A stretch of DNA of 64,000 nt from NCBI GenBank assembly GCA_038496445.1, contig JALMLS010000277.1:1-64000 (forward strand), given 5' to 3'. The stretch comes from Trichosphaerium sp. ATCC 40318. Lineage: Eukaryota > Protista > Tubulinea. The translations under genes and the position numbers were made by a program. Below the pieces are notes generated by a model. That model searched no databases and was not told the origin of the DNA. It was given only the letters and a program-made list of their open reading frames with translations. This document shows, piece by piece, positions 12,210 through 24,497 of this stretch (its first letter is position 1; each line of letters starts with the position of its first letter).

Positions 12210-15200
12210 ATGGCCGAAAATGGAGCACAAGATGGCGTACGTTAGCTATTAGTTATCCTAGATACCTGACAATGGTTCACAGAGGAAAACAAGGCGCAAA
12301 GGGTTTAAAGTGCTCCGAAGCATATCAAAGTTCAAGACCTTGAAGAAAAAGAAGGATAAAAGACAAAAGAGTTCGGTAATAGGGAACACCTATCTTTTCG
12401 CGTTTTTAGTACTTATTCTGTATTAGATGCCTACTGTGACGAGAAGTCTTAGCCAATCATCAATGGAAAGTCGTACTGACGTTAGTACTGAAAGCAATCA
12501 AGGACTAGTATCTGGAACACTTACAACCGCTATTCAAGTTCTCACGTCAAATACTAACTCATCGGGTAACTATTTGAGCCTTTTATGACAGACCAAATAC
12601 AAATAACGTTTTATTGCTGTTTGTGAAAGAGTAAACGCGTTAATACATATTAGAATCGCAACTGCTGAACGTAATATTGAACACTTATATGGATTATTCG
12701 TCTGCGCCAGAATTAGCCAAAGTTCTGCTTAATAGATTTAAAACGCTTTCAGATGAAGATTTTCCAACACAATCCGCACAATTACGTGTAGTAAATGCAT
12801 TCAAAACATGGTTTAAGTAAGTTTATCATTTTATTTTTATTTTACTTTCAGTACGCTTCAATAACATGTTTATCGCAACAGGGAGCGACCATTGGATTGG
12901 GAAGGTGATATTACTGATATTTTTGTTAATTTCATGTCAGAACACATCACTGGGGTACTGTCTCTTTGCGTGCTTCGCAGAAATCGTAGCTTATTGTTTG
13001 TTGCAGGATTCCACGATAGATTCCTTTGTATCGAAAGTAGTTCAACTCGTTGAAGGCACTGCTGAGAATGTATCAGTTGATCCACGTCGTAGAACTGTTG
13101 TTTCATCTCCTCCTGAGCCTATATTGCCTGATAGACAAGACGCAAACCTAGAAGAGTGGCATCCATTAGAGATGGCTAGACAGCTAACTGTTATTGACAA
13201 GAGACTGTTTAGAGAAACCCGTATTGGCGAATACATGCAATGGCGTAAAAACCCAAATCAAGGTGGTCAAGTGAACAAAATGATTCAACGCTGGGAAATG
13301 GTACGTACTAGCGTAGAAGCTAGCAGTTACGCGTATATTTAAAGGGTTGTAGGTTGCTAAATGGGTATTATCATCAATGGTGGCTTTGGCTTCAACAGAG
13401 GATAGAATTCGCGTGTCTAGCTACTTTGTAACGGTCGCTGAAGTACGAATTCAGATATTTTGCAATTGTGGCGATTTCTAATCAAGAGAAATAGCAATGC
13501 GCTGTATTAGGTAATTATAGTAGTTTCTCTGCTATTGTACATGGCATTGAGGAGTTTACTGCTTTTACGCGGTTTAATTGGAATGGCGCGCCTCCAGAAA
13601 TACAAAAACTCTTTAGACAGTTTACTTTGCGTTTATCAAGGGTACAATAATACAGGACTGGGTTTTTGCGCTTACTGCTGCGAATAGGAAGGAAACTATT
13701 GCGCTCTGACGAAGTTCCTTAAAGATGATAGTGTTAATAGAGCTAAGACTTGTATCCCATTTCTAAGTACTCTATTTCCTTTTTGTTTATTATATTGCTT
13801 GCTTACAGTTTATTAGTACCTTATTTGAAGAGAATAGCTTCTATTGAACGTAGTGAGAATGATATTAGTGGCACAAATGATTCTGGAAAAGAGCTTATCA
13901 ATTTTGGAAAATTAAAAAAACTTCTAAGTACGTTTGTGGTGTCAAGTGCTACAAGTTTTCTCATTTGGCCGCTTATATTTTCGCTTTTTTCTTATTTTTA
14001 TAGGTGTATACGAAGAGTTTTCAAGTTGTTATGATAATCAACTTGCTCTTAAGGAGGTTGAAGTACTACAATTTGTTCTTCAGGATTTATATGTTTTGGA
14101 ACAAGAAGAAATTGAACATCTCTCTGAGAAAATAAGAGAGCAAGAGGGTGTTAATGATGACTGGTACCATTATTAATATACTCTTTAATACAACGTCATT
14201 CTTACATATATGTATAGGGAGTTATCTACTAATTATACGGAGACAGAGGATTTGTCAATAGAGTCAAGTATGACAACGGATACTTTGCTGACAGGTACGT
14301 GTTTTATTTGTTTGTTTGAGTACCAACGACATTAGATCGCCGAGAGTCTATGCAAATTGTTAGACGTAGTACATCTGCTTCTATATACATACCTAAAGAA
14401 GATGATATAACTACACAAATGACAGAGGAGGTAAGACTTCACCAGCAACAAAAAATAGCTAAGTTTTCATTTCAAGGAAAAACGACTTCACAAGCAATCT
14501 CAGCTAGCTAAGGAGATTTTATCTACGGAGAAAGCATACGTGGAATACCTACAAGCACTAAAACGCGTACGTTTACAAAGCATTATGGTTTTGGTAGTAA
14601 CTACGAGAATAGCATGGTATTGATCCACTTCGTGAAAAGAAGATTCTCTCGACAAAAGAAATAAACACTCTATTCTCTGTCTTAGAGACTATTCTACTCT
14701 TTCATGAGAGCTACTTGTATCCAGAAATTAACACTATTGTGTCTGACTGGGGACCTGAATCAAGAATTGGACAAGTCTTTCAAAAGTACACCAGAATTTT
14801 TTTTTCTTTTTTTGATTGAAAGCTCTGCTTCTGACAACTTCCAAAACAGGTATCACGAGTACTTTAAAGTGTATACAACATACACGAATAATTTTGATAA
14901 CTCTGACGCTATCCTAAAGAAGTTAACAAAGAAGAATAAAGCGTTTGCTGCACACGAACGTGTACGTGAGCTTACCTCTATTTTTGGTTTAATTGGTAAA
15001 TAGGAGATGAAGTCTCAACCAGATTGTAAACGTCTAGATTATTCGTCTTTCTTAATTATGCCAATACAAAGACCTCCTAGATATGTTTTACTGCTTAGAG
15101 TACGTTTTTGTTTAGACTGAGGCGTTCAAGGAGAAGTTTTGACTGTTTCTTTTTTTTTTAGGATTTGTTAAAATATACACCGGAAGATCATGTTGATTAT

Positions 15201-18200
15201 GATGATATTCGTAAAGCGTTGAAGAAAATGCAAGTTGTTTCTGATAAAATTAATGCTTCCAAAAAGGTTGCAGAGAATAACTCTAGAGCACAAGAGATTT
15301 ACAAGAAACTATCTGGTTTTCACTGGAAAGAAGATGTACGTTTGAAAAATTACTGTCATTGTCTTATCATTCAACTTTAGATACAACTCCTTGATGCTGG
15401 TCGCGAGCTTGTCAGGTATGGCTTTCTTCTACTTTAATGGAGTATACTAATCGTATTTTTAGAGAAACCACTGCAACACTTATATGTAATGAAAAGGTGA
15501 TGGAGTACTCTGTTATTATTTGGACGGATATGTATCTTATTGTAAAAATGGACAAAAAAACAATCAACTTTGTTGCATTGTTATGGCTCAAAGATACACA
15601 TCTGGCGGAGCTCAGTAATAGCGAAGGTTTGTTGATTTATATTAATAGTGAAACTTTTGGACTAACCTCTGTATAGCACAGTCATCGTTAACAAATGGTG
15701 AATTGGCAAAATACCAAAACTTACTGGTCTTGACGTACCGGAACGGATACCAATTTGTTTTGGCTATGAACTCTGAAAAAGAACGCTCCAGATGGGTAAC
15801 TGAACATAATGAACTCATAGTCGAACTACGTTCAAAGTATTGGAGGCACTTACCAGCTGAAGGCCCACAAGCCAAGTATGTTTTGTTGTGTTTTTTTAGT
15901 TTCTAATTGCCTTTCTAGGGTTCATCACTCATGTACATCAGCAGATAACTGCTTGCTTATATTAGGCGGTACAACAGATTATGAACCAAAGTTGTATGTG
16001 TATAAACAAGATTTTACTGGTGAAGGAGTCTGGTACGATTGTAAATTAGAAGGAAAGTCGTTGGTTATAGGCCAACATACAGCATGCTACTGTAACGAAA
16101 CATTGTACATCTATGGTGGTATTGATAAATCTGGAGTATACAGTGATGTTCTATACTCGGTATCTGTCGACACTAGCGAGCCAGTTGAAGCATTTTGGCG
16201 TAAGGAGGCTATTAAAGTGCGTTAAAATGCTTTGTCCTCACCTTTCTCACTTTTTTCCGTAAAGTCTGAAGAACAGCCTTCTGCACGCATGGGTCATTCC
16301 TTGACAACTGTTAATAATAATATATATATGATGGGAGGCGTACAGTATAAGAATATAGGAGAGATGAAATTATACAATGATGTGTGGGTATTCAACACTG
16401 GTAAGCAAACCTTTTATTTTTCTTGTTGACTTTTTTTTTACTGATGACATGTCTTTAGACACAAATAAATGGAAAGAAGTTGAAGTGAGCGATCCTCCTC
16501 CTGGACGCTATGGACACTCAGCTGAGGTCATTGGAAACAAGTTGTATATATTCGGTGGTCAGCGAGACAATAGCACACGCATGCAAGATATGCACTACCT
16601 CAATTTGGATACAAACGAGTGGAAGCAAGTTCTAGGTAACCTCTATCTTTCGTTCTCTTTCTCTTTCTAAATATTGATCACAGGCACTGGGTACATTCCA
16701 TCTAGACGCTCTTTTGCTGCTACTTGTCTATTCAACGGTGATATGATTCTGTTCGGTGGTACTGACTCTTCTACGCTATTTAATGGTCTCTATGTATTCA
16801 ACGCAGGTACGAAGTTTGTAGACTTGTTTTTTGTGTTTTTTTGTTCGTTGATTAAATGTTTCCTAAATAAAACAATACAGAGAATGAGGAATGGTCAACA
16901 GTGGACGTATCAATTACGTTAGAAGGTAGATCAGGTCACTCTATTCATACTTTGAAGCAAGATTGTAATGGATCTACTCAATACAATCTATGCGCCTATG
17001 GTGGCCAAGTACGCAAGACAGTTCTTGGATATCAAGGAAAAGAGTTCTCAAATAACGTTGTTGAGATATTTGATGTCGGTACGTAATACACATGATGATT
17101 TGAGGTTTGTTTTTCTGACTCTTGTATTTTCTTAGAAATGTACCTTAATTCTCGTCTCAACAAAACAGATTCAAAGGTAGGCTTGTAGTGTTAGGGATTT
17201 TTACGTACTTTATCTGACGTTTATATATAGGCTTCTGAGCTATCCCAGACATTATTGAAAAGGTTATACAGCTTTAATGTAGGCAACCAAGCTCAATTTT
17301 TTTCAAACACGTATAACTTTGTACACAAAATACATGTTGACCAAAACTTGGAGTGGGACGGTAATGCTGATGTTTTCGAGCTTGAAGAAAAGTTGGGTGA
17401 AGGGTATCTATATCTTATTTGTATGTTAGAGTTGCTTACAGTAACATTAGAGCATTTGGTGCTGTTTATAAAGCCAAACAAGCTGATAGCGATCTATGGA
17501 TCGCAATTAAGGAAGTTGTAAATGTTTCTGCTACTGAAGAAGAGCATGTTAGATTAAGCAAGGAGATGGAAATTTTAAAAGCATGTCGCTTTAATAACCT
17601 GGTAAAATATTATGGCCACTCTAAGGTTGGAGACGATAAGTACTGGGTAAGAACGCTGGAAAAAAAAAGATTATATCTGACAACTTTTTTTTTCTCTCTT
17701 TTTTCTTAAAGTGTTCTTGTGCTTATGGTTGTGTCTTTATCTAGATTTTGATGGAGCTATGCGAAGTAGGATCCATTAAGGATATTTTAAATGTAAACTT
17801 GAAGCTTATTCAAGAGAAACAAGTTGCTGAGATCACCTCTCAGACATTACATGGCTTAGGTTACCTTCATTCTATAAATCTCATACACAGGTTCGATTTA
17901 TTAATTCTAAAGTATGTACTTTTGTTTCCTTGTAGAGATGTAAAGGCAGCCAATATCTTAATGAACTACAAGGGAGAAGTCAAATTAGGTAACAATAAAA
18001 ACCCACATCTATTGAACTTAAATATCTTACCTTACTTAACGTCTAGGTGACTTTGGTCTATCGGAACACCTTGAAAACTTGAAAGGTGTAAACGCTACAG
18101 TTGGGTCAGAATATTGGATGGCTCCAGAGATATTAAGCGACCAAGAATACTCTGAGAAGGTAAGCAAAAAAACTGATTATCAAACACTCAAATAACATTG

Positions 18201-19303
18201 AAATAGTCTGATATTTACGCTGTTGGTATTACCGTTATTGAGATGTTAGAGAATACACCTCCGTATATTGAGCTTGTAAAAGCTCGTAAAGTATCTGAGG
18301 AGTGCCGTGTATTCATTAATGGTTGTCTACAAGTCAATCCAATCAAGAGATCCGATGCTATAGCACTTACACGTGTACGTAGTTCACCTCAATTTTTTTT
18401 TGGTTGGGTTGTTTTCTGACTTTACTTGTTTAGCATACTTTTGTAAGAAAAGCTCGTGGGAAGGACGTACTTCGTCATATTGTTGAGCACGCGAAGAAAG
18501 CCAAAGCAAAGAAAGTAGAGAATGATGCTATTGGGTTTAAAGATAAGCCTTCATTCTATGCAAGAAAGCAGAGTACATTGGCAAGCTTTGGTTTAGAATC
18601 TGCGTACGGAAGAACTCCGAATTCCTATTTTTTTTCTCTTGTTTTTTTTTTTTCATGATTGCTAACATCTAAATATAGTCGTCGTAGGGAGAGAAGTGAT
18701 AATACTAGAGACTATGAACTAGAGAAATTACGTACAGAATTAACAGAAAAGCATGAAGCTGATATGGAGCGTCTGAAGCAAGAATTAAGCGTTATGGCAC
18801 AAACATTAAATTCTCAAATGAAAAATCATCAAGGTATGATCAGAAGACACTCAAAACATATGTCACACTCTCCTGCACGTTCTCCAAGAGCAGCAAGAAA
18901 GAAAGAGTTGATGGACCTTCCTTCAAAGACACCTAGATCATCTAGAATATCAGAACTTGAAAAGACAAATATGAGTCTTGAAGGAAGGATAAGAGTTCTC
19001 GAAACAGAGAATATATTTTTTAAAGAACAATTACAAGAGTTAACAGCAACAGTTGAAAAGCTATTACAACAACAGTCAAAAGCAGTGACTCAGTCACCTG
19101 ATGTCACAGTACAACCACAAAGTACTGTTGTTGACGATAATGACTCTGATACCAGAAGTGAGTCTCAAGAACAAGAACAACAAGAACGAGAACAAAAACA
19201 AGAACAAACACAAGAACAAGAAGAAGAAGAATCACTTGATTTATCTACTGATGATAATCTAGAAGGTTCAGAGGACAACACTTTGCCGGATAGTGCTGAA
19301 TAA
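12210..19303 (+). CDS. Multidomain signalling protein: RasGEF_N/RasGEF - RhoGEF(DH) - PH - Kelch repeats - STE20-type Ser/Thr kinase - coiled coil/acidic tail
   Basis: HPLEMARQLTVID, CIPFL..YLK, LINFGKL (RasGEF); KEILSTEKAYV, FLIMPIQRPPRYVLLL|DLLKYTP (DH); ERSRW (PH); SARMGHS/PGRYGHS/YIFGG (Kelch); KLGEGAFG, AIKE, HRDVKAANIL, DFG, WMAPE (kinase); the junctions I traced join in frame via GT-AG. Confidence 0.85.
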
Positions 19304-19429
19304 TAAAGCTAAATCCATTGTATTTCATCTCTAGCAATACGTTTTTTGTTGTTTTCGAACGTGAAACGTGAAAGGCACACTGTAGAACTAATACAATCAA
19401 AGTACCCTTAATCAAATAGCAAGCATTTC

Positions 19430-19743
19430 ATGAGTTGCTATGTAGCGTCACACAGTGGTCTTCTCGCATATAGGTAGCAATCTGGTTTGTATTAGTTCCT
19501 CAAAAAGTGTAGACTGACGAGACGGTTTTAAGCGAGCAGCAAAGGTAACAAAGACAACGAAAGGCGGTGTTTCATTGTTCCAATTGCATTTTATAGCACG
19601 TGGACTTTTGCTAGATCGTTCAGTAACAGATGTAAGTGTTAAAGCACTTGCTGGTTCATTTTATTTCCCTTAAATGCACTTCAGTAACTGATGAAGTACT
19701 TATTCGGTATAATGTCTATTTTTCTCTCATAAGTATTACGGAT
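19430..19743 (+). pseudogene. Decayed relic of the F-box/LRR family
   Basis: IGSNLVCISS (cf. IGYSKVCISS in the 1055 gene), then SVTDVSVKALAG/HFISLKCTSVTDE/..SITD broken by indels and stops; not in the ORF track. Confidence 0.7.
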
Positions 19744-19902
19744 ACCTGCCGTAAACAAAAATTAAAGTATCACATGCTTTATTACATAGCTACATTTTCT
19801 TTCTAGGAAGTGATTGAATTGTCAAAATGAATCTACAAATGTAAAATATAAAATGATGATTGCCCTGGTTTGTTTACAATTACATTCTGGAAAGTGTACA
19901 CA

Positions 19903-20595
19903 TTAAAAGTCATAGATTATCTTCAGCTCTTGAGTCTCGTCTAGAACAAAAAATATTCTTTGTTTTCTCCAACGTGTATTTATCTCTCTTACCTTTTCTT
20001 TCATTCTCTCTTGTCTTCGTTCAATGTAAGGCACCCAATAAAATGTATAGATTGCAATAGGAATAATCAAAATACATAATATAACGATTACTATGATCCA
20101 CATTCTGCTTCTGCAACACGATTTTATTTCTCGAGATTTCTTATTCAAGTCCTCGATTGACTCAGAATAATAAGCTGGATCAATATCATCACGATCTTGA
20201 AGGTCTACAGGGACATGTGCATCCCAGAAGAAATCGCCAATATTTTTGTGTTGAAAAACATGTAATTGTCTTGGATGCATGTACGCATCAGGGTAAGCTT
20301 CTTTAAGTGCCTTGGTCAGCAAAGTTAGATAGAATGTTTCAAAAACTAGTGTCAATAGATGTTTTAGGACAACGTTACTGCAGATACAGTCCATCGCAGT
20401 CACAAAGTAATTTCAGAGAATCCTGTAAATTTGAAAAACGTTTTGACAAATTGCCACAACTTTTCGTTGTTTGTGCTTAGGAACAATTTCACGTACTTTG
20501 TAGTGTTTATCAGATACAACTTCGGAAGTGTCAGGCATATCCAGAGCGCATTGGTCTGTAGATGTACCCAGTAAAGCTACGTTGTCTTTGCTCAT
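19903..20595 (-). CDS. Small membrane protein, possibly Golgin-A7/ERF4-like
   Basis: ATG 20595; GTACG..CCAAG intron (about 20312-20496) joins KHYK to ALKEAYP; PVDLQD..YSESIEDLN, CC, hydrophobic segment, then EINTRWRKQRIFF; family call tentative. Confidence 0.55.
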
Positions 20596-21306
20596 GTCAA
20601 GAGATGCTGTATGTTCAAGGTGCTCGACAAAATTGGTTAAGACCTTGCCTTAAGTCCTTTTGTTCTCAGTTTTTTTCCTATCCATTCTCGCAAATTAACC
20701 GTATCAAACTAGAATACTTACACTGCCATGAATTTCGTGGCAGATGACGTTTAATCCATAGGATTTTATCTTAGATTTTGGACATGTGCCACGAAACTTA
20801 CAGCTGTGAAAAGTAAAAAGACAGAAGATTCAAGTATTTGTAGAAGATTACCAGAGTACTTTAAATGTATCAAAAAAAGTCGCGAAGGCGCTCTGAAGCC
20901 CCTGTAGTGCGTAAAGTAACTAAACCGTACGAAAAGAACGCCAAAAAAGACTCCACAAAAGACACGTATTTGTAACTAAACCTGTTATTTGTGACACATG
21001 TCAAATGACATTGCAATGAAGAAAATTTTAAAGATCGAATTGTTTTGGGTAAACCAGCCACTTCATTACTCCAAAATAGTGCTACAAGTAAGAATGATGT
21101 TTTTCTATCATAACAGGAGCAACAAATTGGGATTCTGTTATCTACGACACGTGCAAAAAATAGAAACTTTTTTTTTTTGGATAAGATTTTTGTTTATTTG
21201 TTTGTAGAGTACATGGTTTGTCTTTAGGGTTTTCTTTTTTACATTTCGACAAAATATTATTTTCCTATTTATACACGTATAAATAACACCGCGAAGGCAG
21301 CGGCGT

Positions 21307-22001
21307 TTATAATATTCTGCAGTTGCGATTTTTTTTCTTCTTATTCTTTGTCTTTTTTGGGCTTATAACTGCTCGTACTGCTTCATCAAACACGTGTCTG
21401 AGACCTTGTTGTGTTAACGCTGAGCATTCCATGTATTTTGTTCCTCCAATCTCTTTCAACAATGAAAGACCTTGTTCGTATGTTATTGGCGCTTGTTTCT
21501 TCTTTGCTAGCATTCCTTTTACTTCCTCGTTATCTCGTAGGTCTAGTTTAGTGCCAACGAGAACCACAGGAGTATTAGGGCAGTGGTGGGATAGTTCAGG
21601 GATCCACTAAAGGTTTCGTAAGACAAATGTTTGAAAGCGGAGCAGGACATGTCGCTTTTGCGTACCTTTTCTCTTATGTTGTTAAACGATGACGGGGAGA
21701 TTATAGAAAAGCATGCCAAGAAAACATCTGTTTGTGGGTATGATAGTGGGCGTAGACGATCATAATCTTCTTGGCCTGCAGTATCCCATAGTCCCAAATT
21801 GATTGGCGTATTGTCTACCATTACATTTGCGCTGTAATTGTCAAAAACCTGATTTTTCGTTAGAATAATATCATAAATAGGTTAAATAGCACGTACTGTT
21901 GGTGTATATTGGCCACAGAAGGCATTTGTAGTGTATGAAATTAAAAGGCATGTTTTACCGACAGCACCGTCTCCTACTGCTACGCACTTGATTGTTTGCA
22001 T
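21307..22001 (-). CDS. rac: Rac-subfamily Rho GTPase (3 exons)
   Basis: [61 protein letters not shown], polybasic tail and CaaX CRIL. Confidence 0.97.
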
Positions 22002-22534
22002 GTTATTGTTTGTGGTTATCGTTGGGTGATATTGTAATTATGTCCCTCCAGCCGCCAACCATTTTAGCCTAACGCACCAATTTTTATGTTCGCCTAACAG
22101 CGCGTTCTCATGCATTGTTTCCTGTTGTAGTATTATTGTAGTGGCTACAAAAATACTAGAAGCTCCAAGCGAAGGGCTTTGGGAGTTTTTGTTAAAAGAA
22201 GCGAAATTTCTGGTACTTAGTCTTTGTTGGTCTTCGATTTCTGCTTCTTCATGAACAGAAAGACTGGTCGGTTTCTATTGTCACAAGCTAATAAAGCGAA
22301 CTGTTTTTGTTTGAGAATCACATGTAGTAATAAAACGTTTGTAACACGTTATAGTTCATGATGTAGCTTGTACTTATGGTACCCGAGCAGCGCTTGACTA
22401 AACTTTGAAAGGAAGTACAGAAATCGTATGAATGACAAGACAAGGAGGCATAAAAACATGGGCAAAATAGTCAGTCAAAAGTCGTTTTAAAACGTCGCGA
22501 ACACAGATCCGTTTTATTCGCACTTTCCAACACA

Positions 22535-23551
22535 ATGCCTACTAAGAAACGCCTTTCTGAGGTTGTAAAGGAGAATGAACTCTACATAACCCCTCTATAC
22601 ACTAGATACGCGGAACTATGCGAAGAAACAAAGAACGAACGTCTAAAACTGCTAACAGATCCTTCACTTTATTCAAAAACAAAACGTTTCGATGCAATAC
22701 ACATTATACAGCGAATAGAAGAAGAAATGGAGAAAATCTTCGTTAAACCGGAACCAAAGCGTAAACCAAAACGATCTAAGGTTAACAGACAATGCATGGG
22801 CTCTATAATGAACACTGTAAGGATAGGAGTGCTTTATTGGAACTACAGAGATAAAGAAGCAAAGATACATGACATAAGCAAGTTTATTGAGAACCCATAT
22901 GGCTTGAAAGATCCTTTTCCTTATCACAAGCTATCCGACCTTGCACCTGGAATACTAAGCTCTGAAGTAATACAAGACATGTTTCATGGTGATGTAGTAC
23001 AAGTTGGTGGTAATAAACATTATCTATCAGCTGGTAGCTATGTACTGGATGCAAAAAGTCCAGTGTCAAAAGATTTTTATATTTGGAGGCCAATAGAACC
23101 TGACTTCAATATTAGCATTCCTCCATTGTTTGGTGATGCTCCAGAAGGTTATTATAAAGCAATAAACCCAAGAGAGGGTTATAATATATTTAGACATGCA
23201 GATATGTTACCACGTGATCACTATTTGCTGAAGGAAGTTGAAGAAATTAAAAAACAACAAAATCATGTGTCAATTGATTTAAGTCGTTTCCCTTATCATT
23301 ACATGCACATGGAGGAGAAGAAAGTTAACAACAATAACAAAAGTTCATGGATCACTATGTTGGAGTACTCAAAGAAAAGATGCACATCAGCAAAGCTACT
23401 AAATGCGATGCAAAAAAGATTTGACATACGCTATTGTTGGATGATCAGAAACTCTAGAATTATATGCCATGTTTCTTTACCAGATATTATTCCTCCTGAA
23501 ATACGAATCATTATTGCTGAGTATTGTTGTTGTCCACCTTTTTCAAAGTGA
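22535..23551 (+). CDS. Intronless 338-aa hypothetical protein with C-terminal F-box-like motif
   Basis: Long ATG-initiated ORF; ends LPDIIPPEIRIIIAEYC. Confidence 0.75.
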   Translation: MPTKKRLSEVVKENELYITPLYTRYAELCEETKNERLKLLTDPSLYSKTKRFDAIHIIQRIEEEMEKIFVKPEPKRKPKRSKVNRQCMGSIMNTVRIGVLYWNYRDKEAKIHDISKFIENPYGLKDPFPYHKLSDLAPGILSSEVIQDMFHGDVVQVGGNKHYLSAGSYVLDAKSPVSKDFYIWRPIEPDFNISIPPLFGDAPEGYYKAINPREGYNIFRHADMLPRDHYLLKEVEEIKKQQNHVSIDLSRFPYHYMHMEEKKVNNNNKSSWITMLEYSKKRCTSAKLLNAMQKRFDIRYCWMIRNSRIICHVSLPDIIPPEIRIIIAEYCCCPPFSK

Positions 23552-23757
23552 TGAAAAAAAAGAAGTCTTGTTCTTTTTGCTTCAAATTCAGGAGCTTGAC
23601 ATTAGATTTGATAGGCAAACGCAAATATATTGAATCGCCAACACTAGTACCTTTTGTTTTGGTATTGTTGGAAACATGATGTAAATTTATTGTAAGAAGA
23701 TGTCCTGTTTGTAGAGAGTACCAATTGAGTAGACTTGTAAAGTAACAAGATTTCTAT

Positions 23758-24440
23758 TTATGTGTCACATGAAAATGATTGTCTTTTGTTTTGTCTATGG
23801 CCAGACCGGACGAATGCCTCCTTAAATTCATCTGTAATATTTTTACAGTGGTTGAGCTGGATGGAGTAAACACCACGAAGTGCTTTCACACCTTCATCTG
23901 TAACACGATCACAATAACTTAGATTAATAGTATGAACTCCTGAGAGTGCTTTGATACCTTCATCTGCAATCTCATCACAACCACGAAGATCAATGGTATG
24001 TACACCATGATGCGCTTTCACACCTTCATTAGTAATGCTATAGCAATGACTTAGATCAATAGAATAAACACAAGTGCTTCGACACCTTCATCTGTAATGC
24101 CATCACAACTACATAGACTAATGGTATGTACACCAGCAAGTGATTTTACACCTTTATTTGTAATGTTATAACAACAACTTAGTTAATAGTATGAACTCCT
24201 GAAAGTGCTGTATCTATTCTGTGCTGTAAATAACCGTTTTGAACAATAGTCAACAAAGGTCACTTAGAAACTTTTATGCACCATTGACACTTCTGCTACA
24301 AAGGTAACGAACTTGTACATCTATGCGCTGAGTAACTAGTTGGACACGCCATTGAAGACACAAAGCACATCAATGGCAAATGTCCAGCCACACCTGCGCT
24401 CGAAAAACAGCTCGCATCTGTCGTAAGACTAATGAAGTAG
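23758..24440 (-). pseudogene. Frameshifted F-box/LRR pseudogene (about 6 repeats recognisable)
   Basis: ALSGVHTIN/SCCYNITNKGVKSLAGVHTISLCSCDGITDEGVEAL/VYSIDLSHCYSITNEG...; two indels; 5' part decayed and 5' boundary approximate. Confidence 0.8.
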
Positions 24441-24497
24441 TGTGGCGTGAATAGCTCTTATAGATGTTTTACTTGTTTATGTACAATTGATGAAATC

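Noticed and set aside
17079-17135. ATGATGA...CTGA within an intron (possible C/D snoRNA)
   Set aside because: Under 30 nt between boxes, and the CTGA is the CTGAC branch site
19430-24440. LRR fragments as dedicated VLR-like donor cassettes
   Set aside because: Both fragments keep traces of the N-terminal linker and carry inactivating indels, which fits dead genes better; no identical tracts shared with the intact genes were seen
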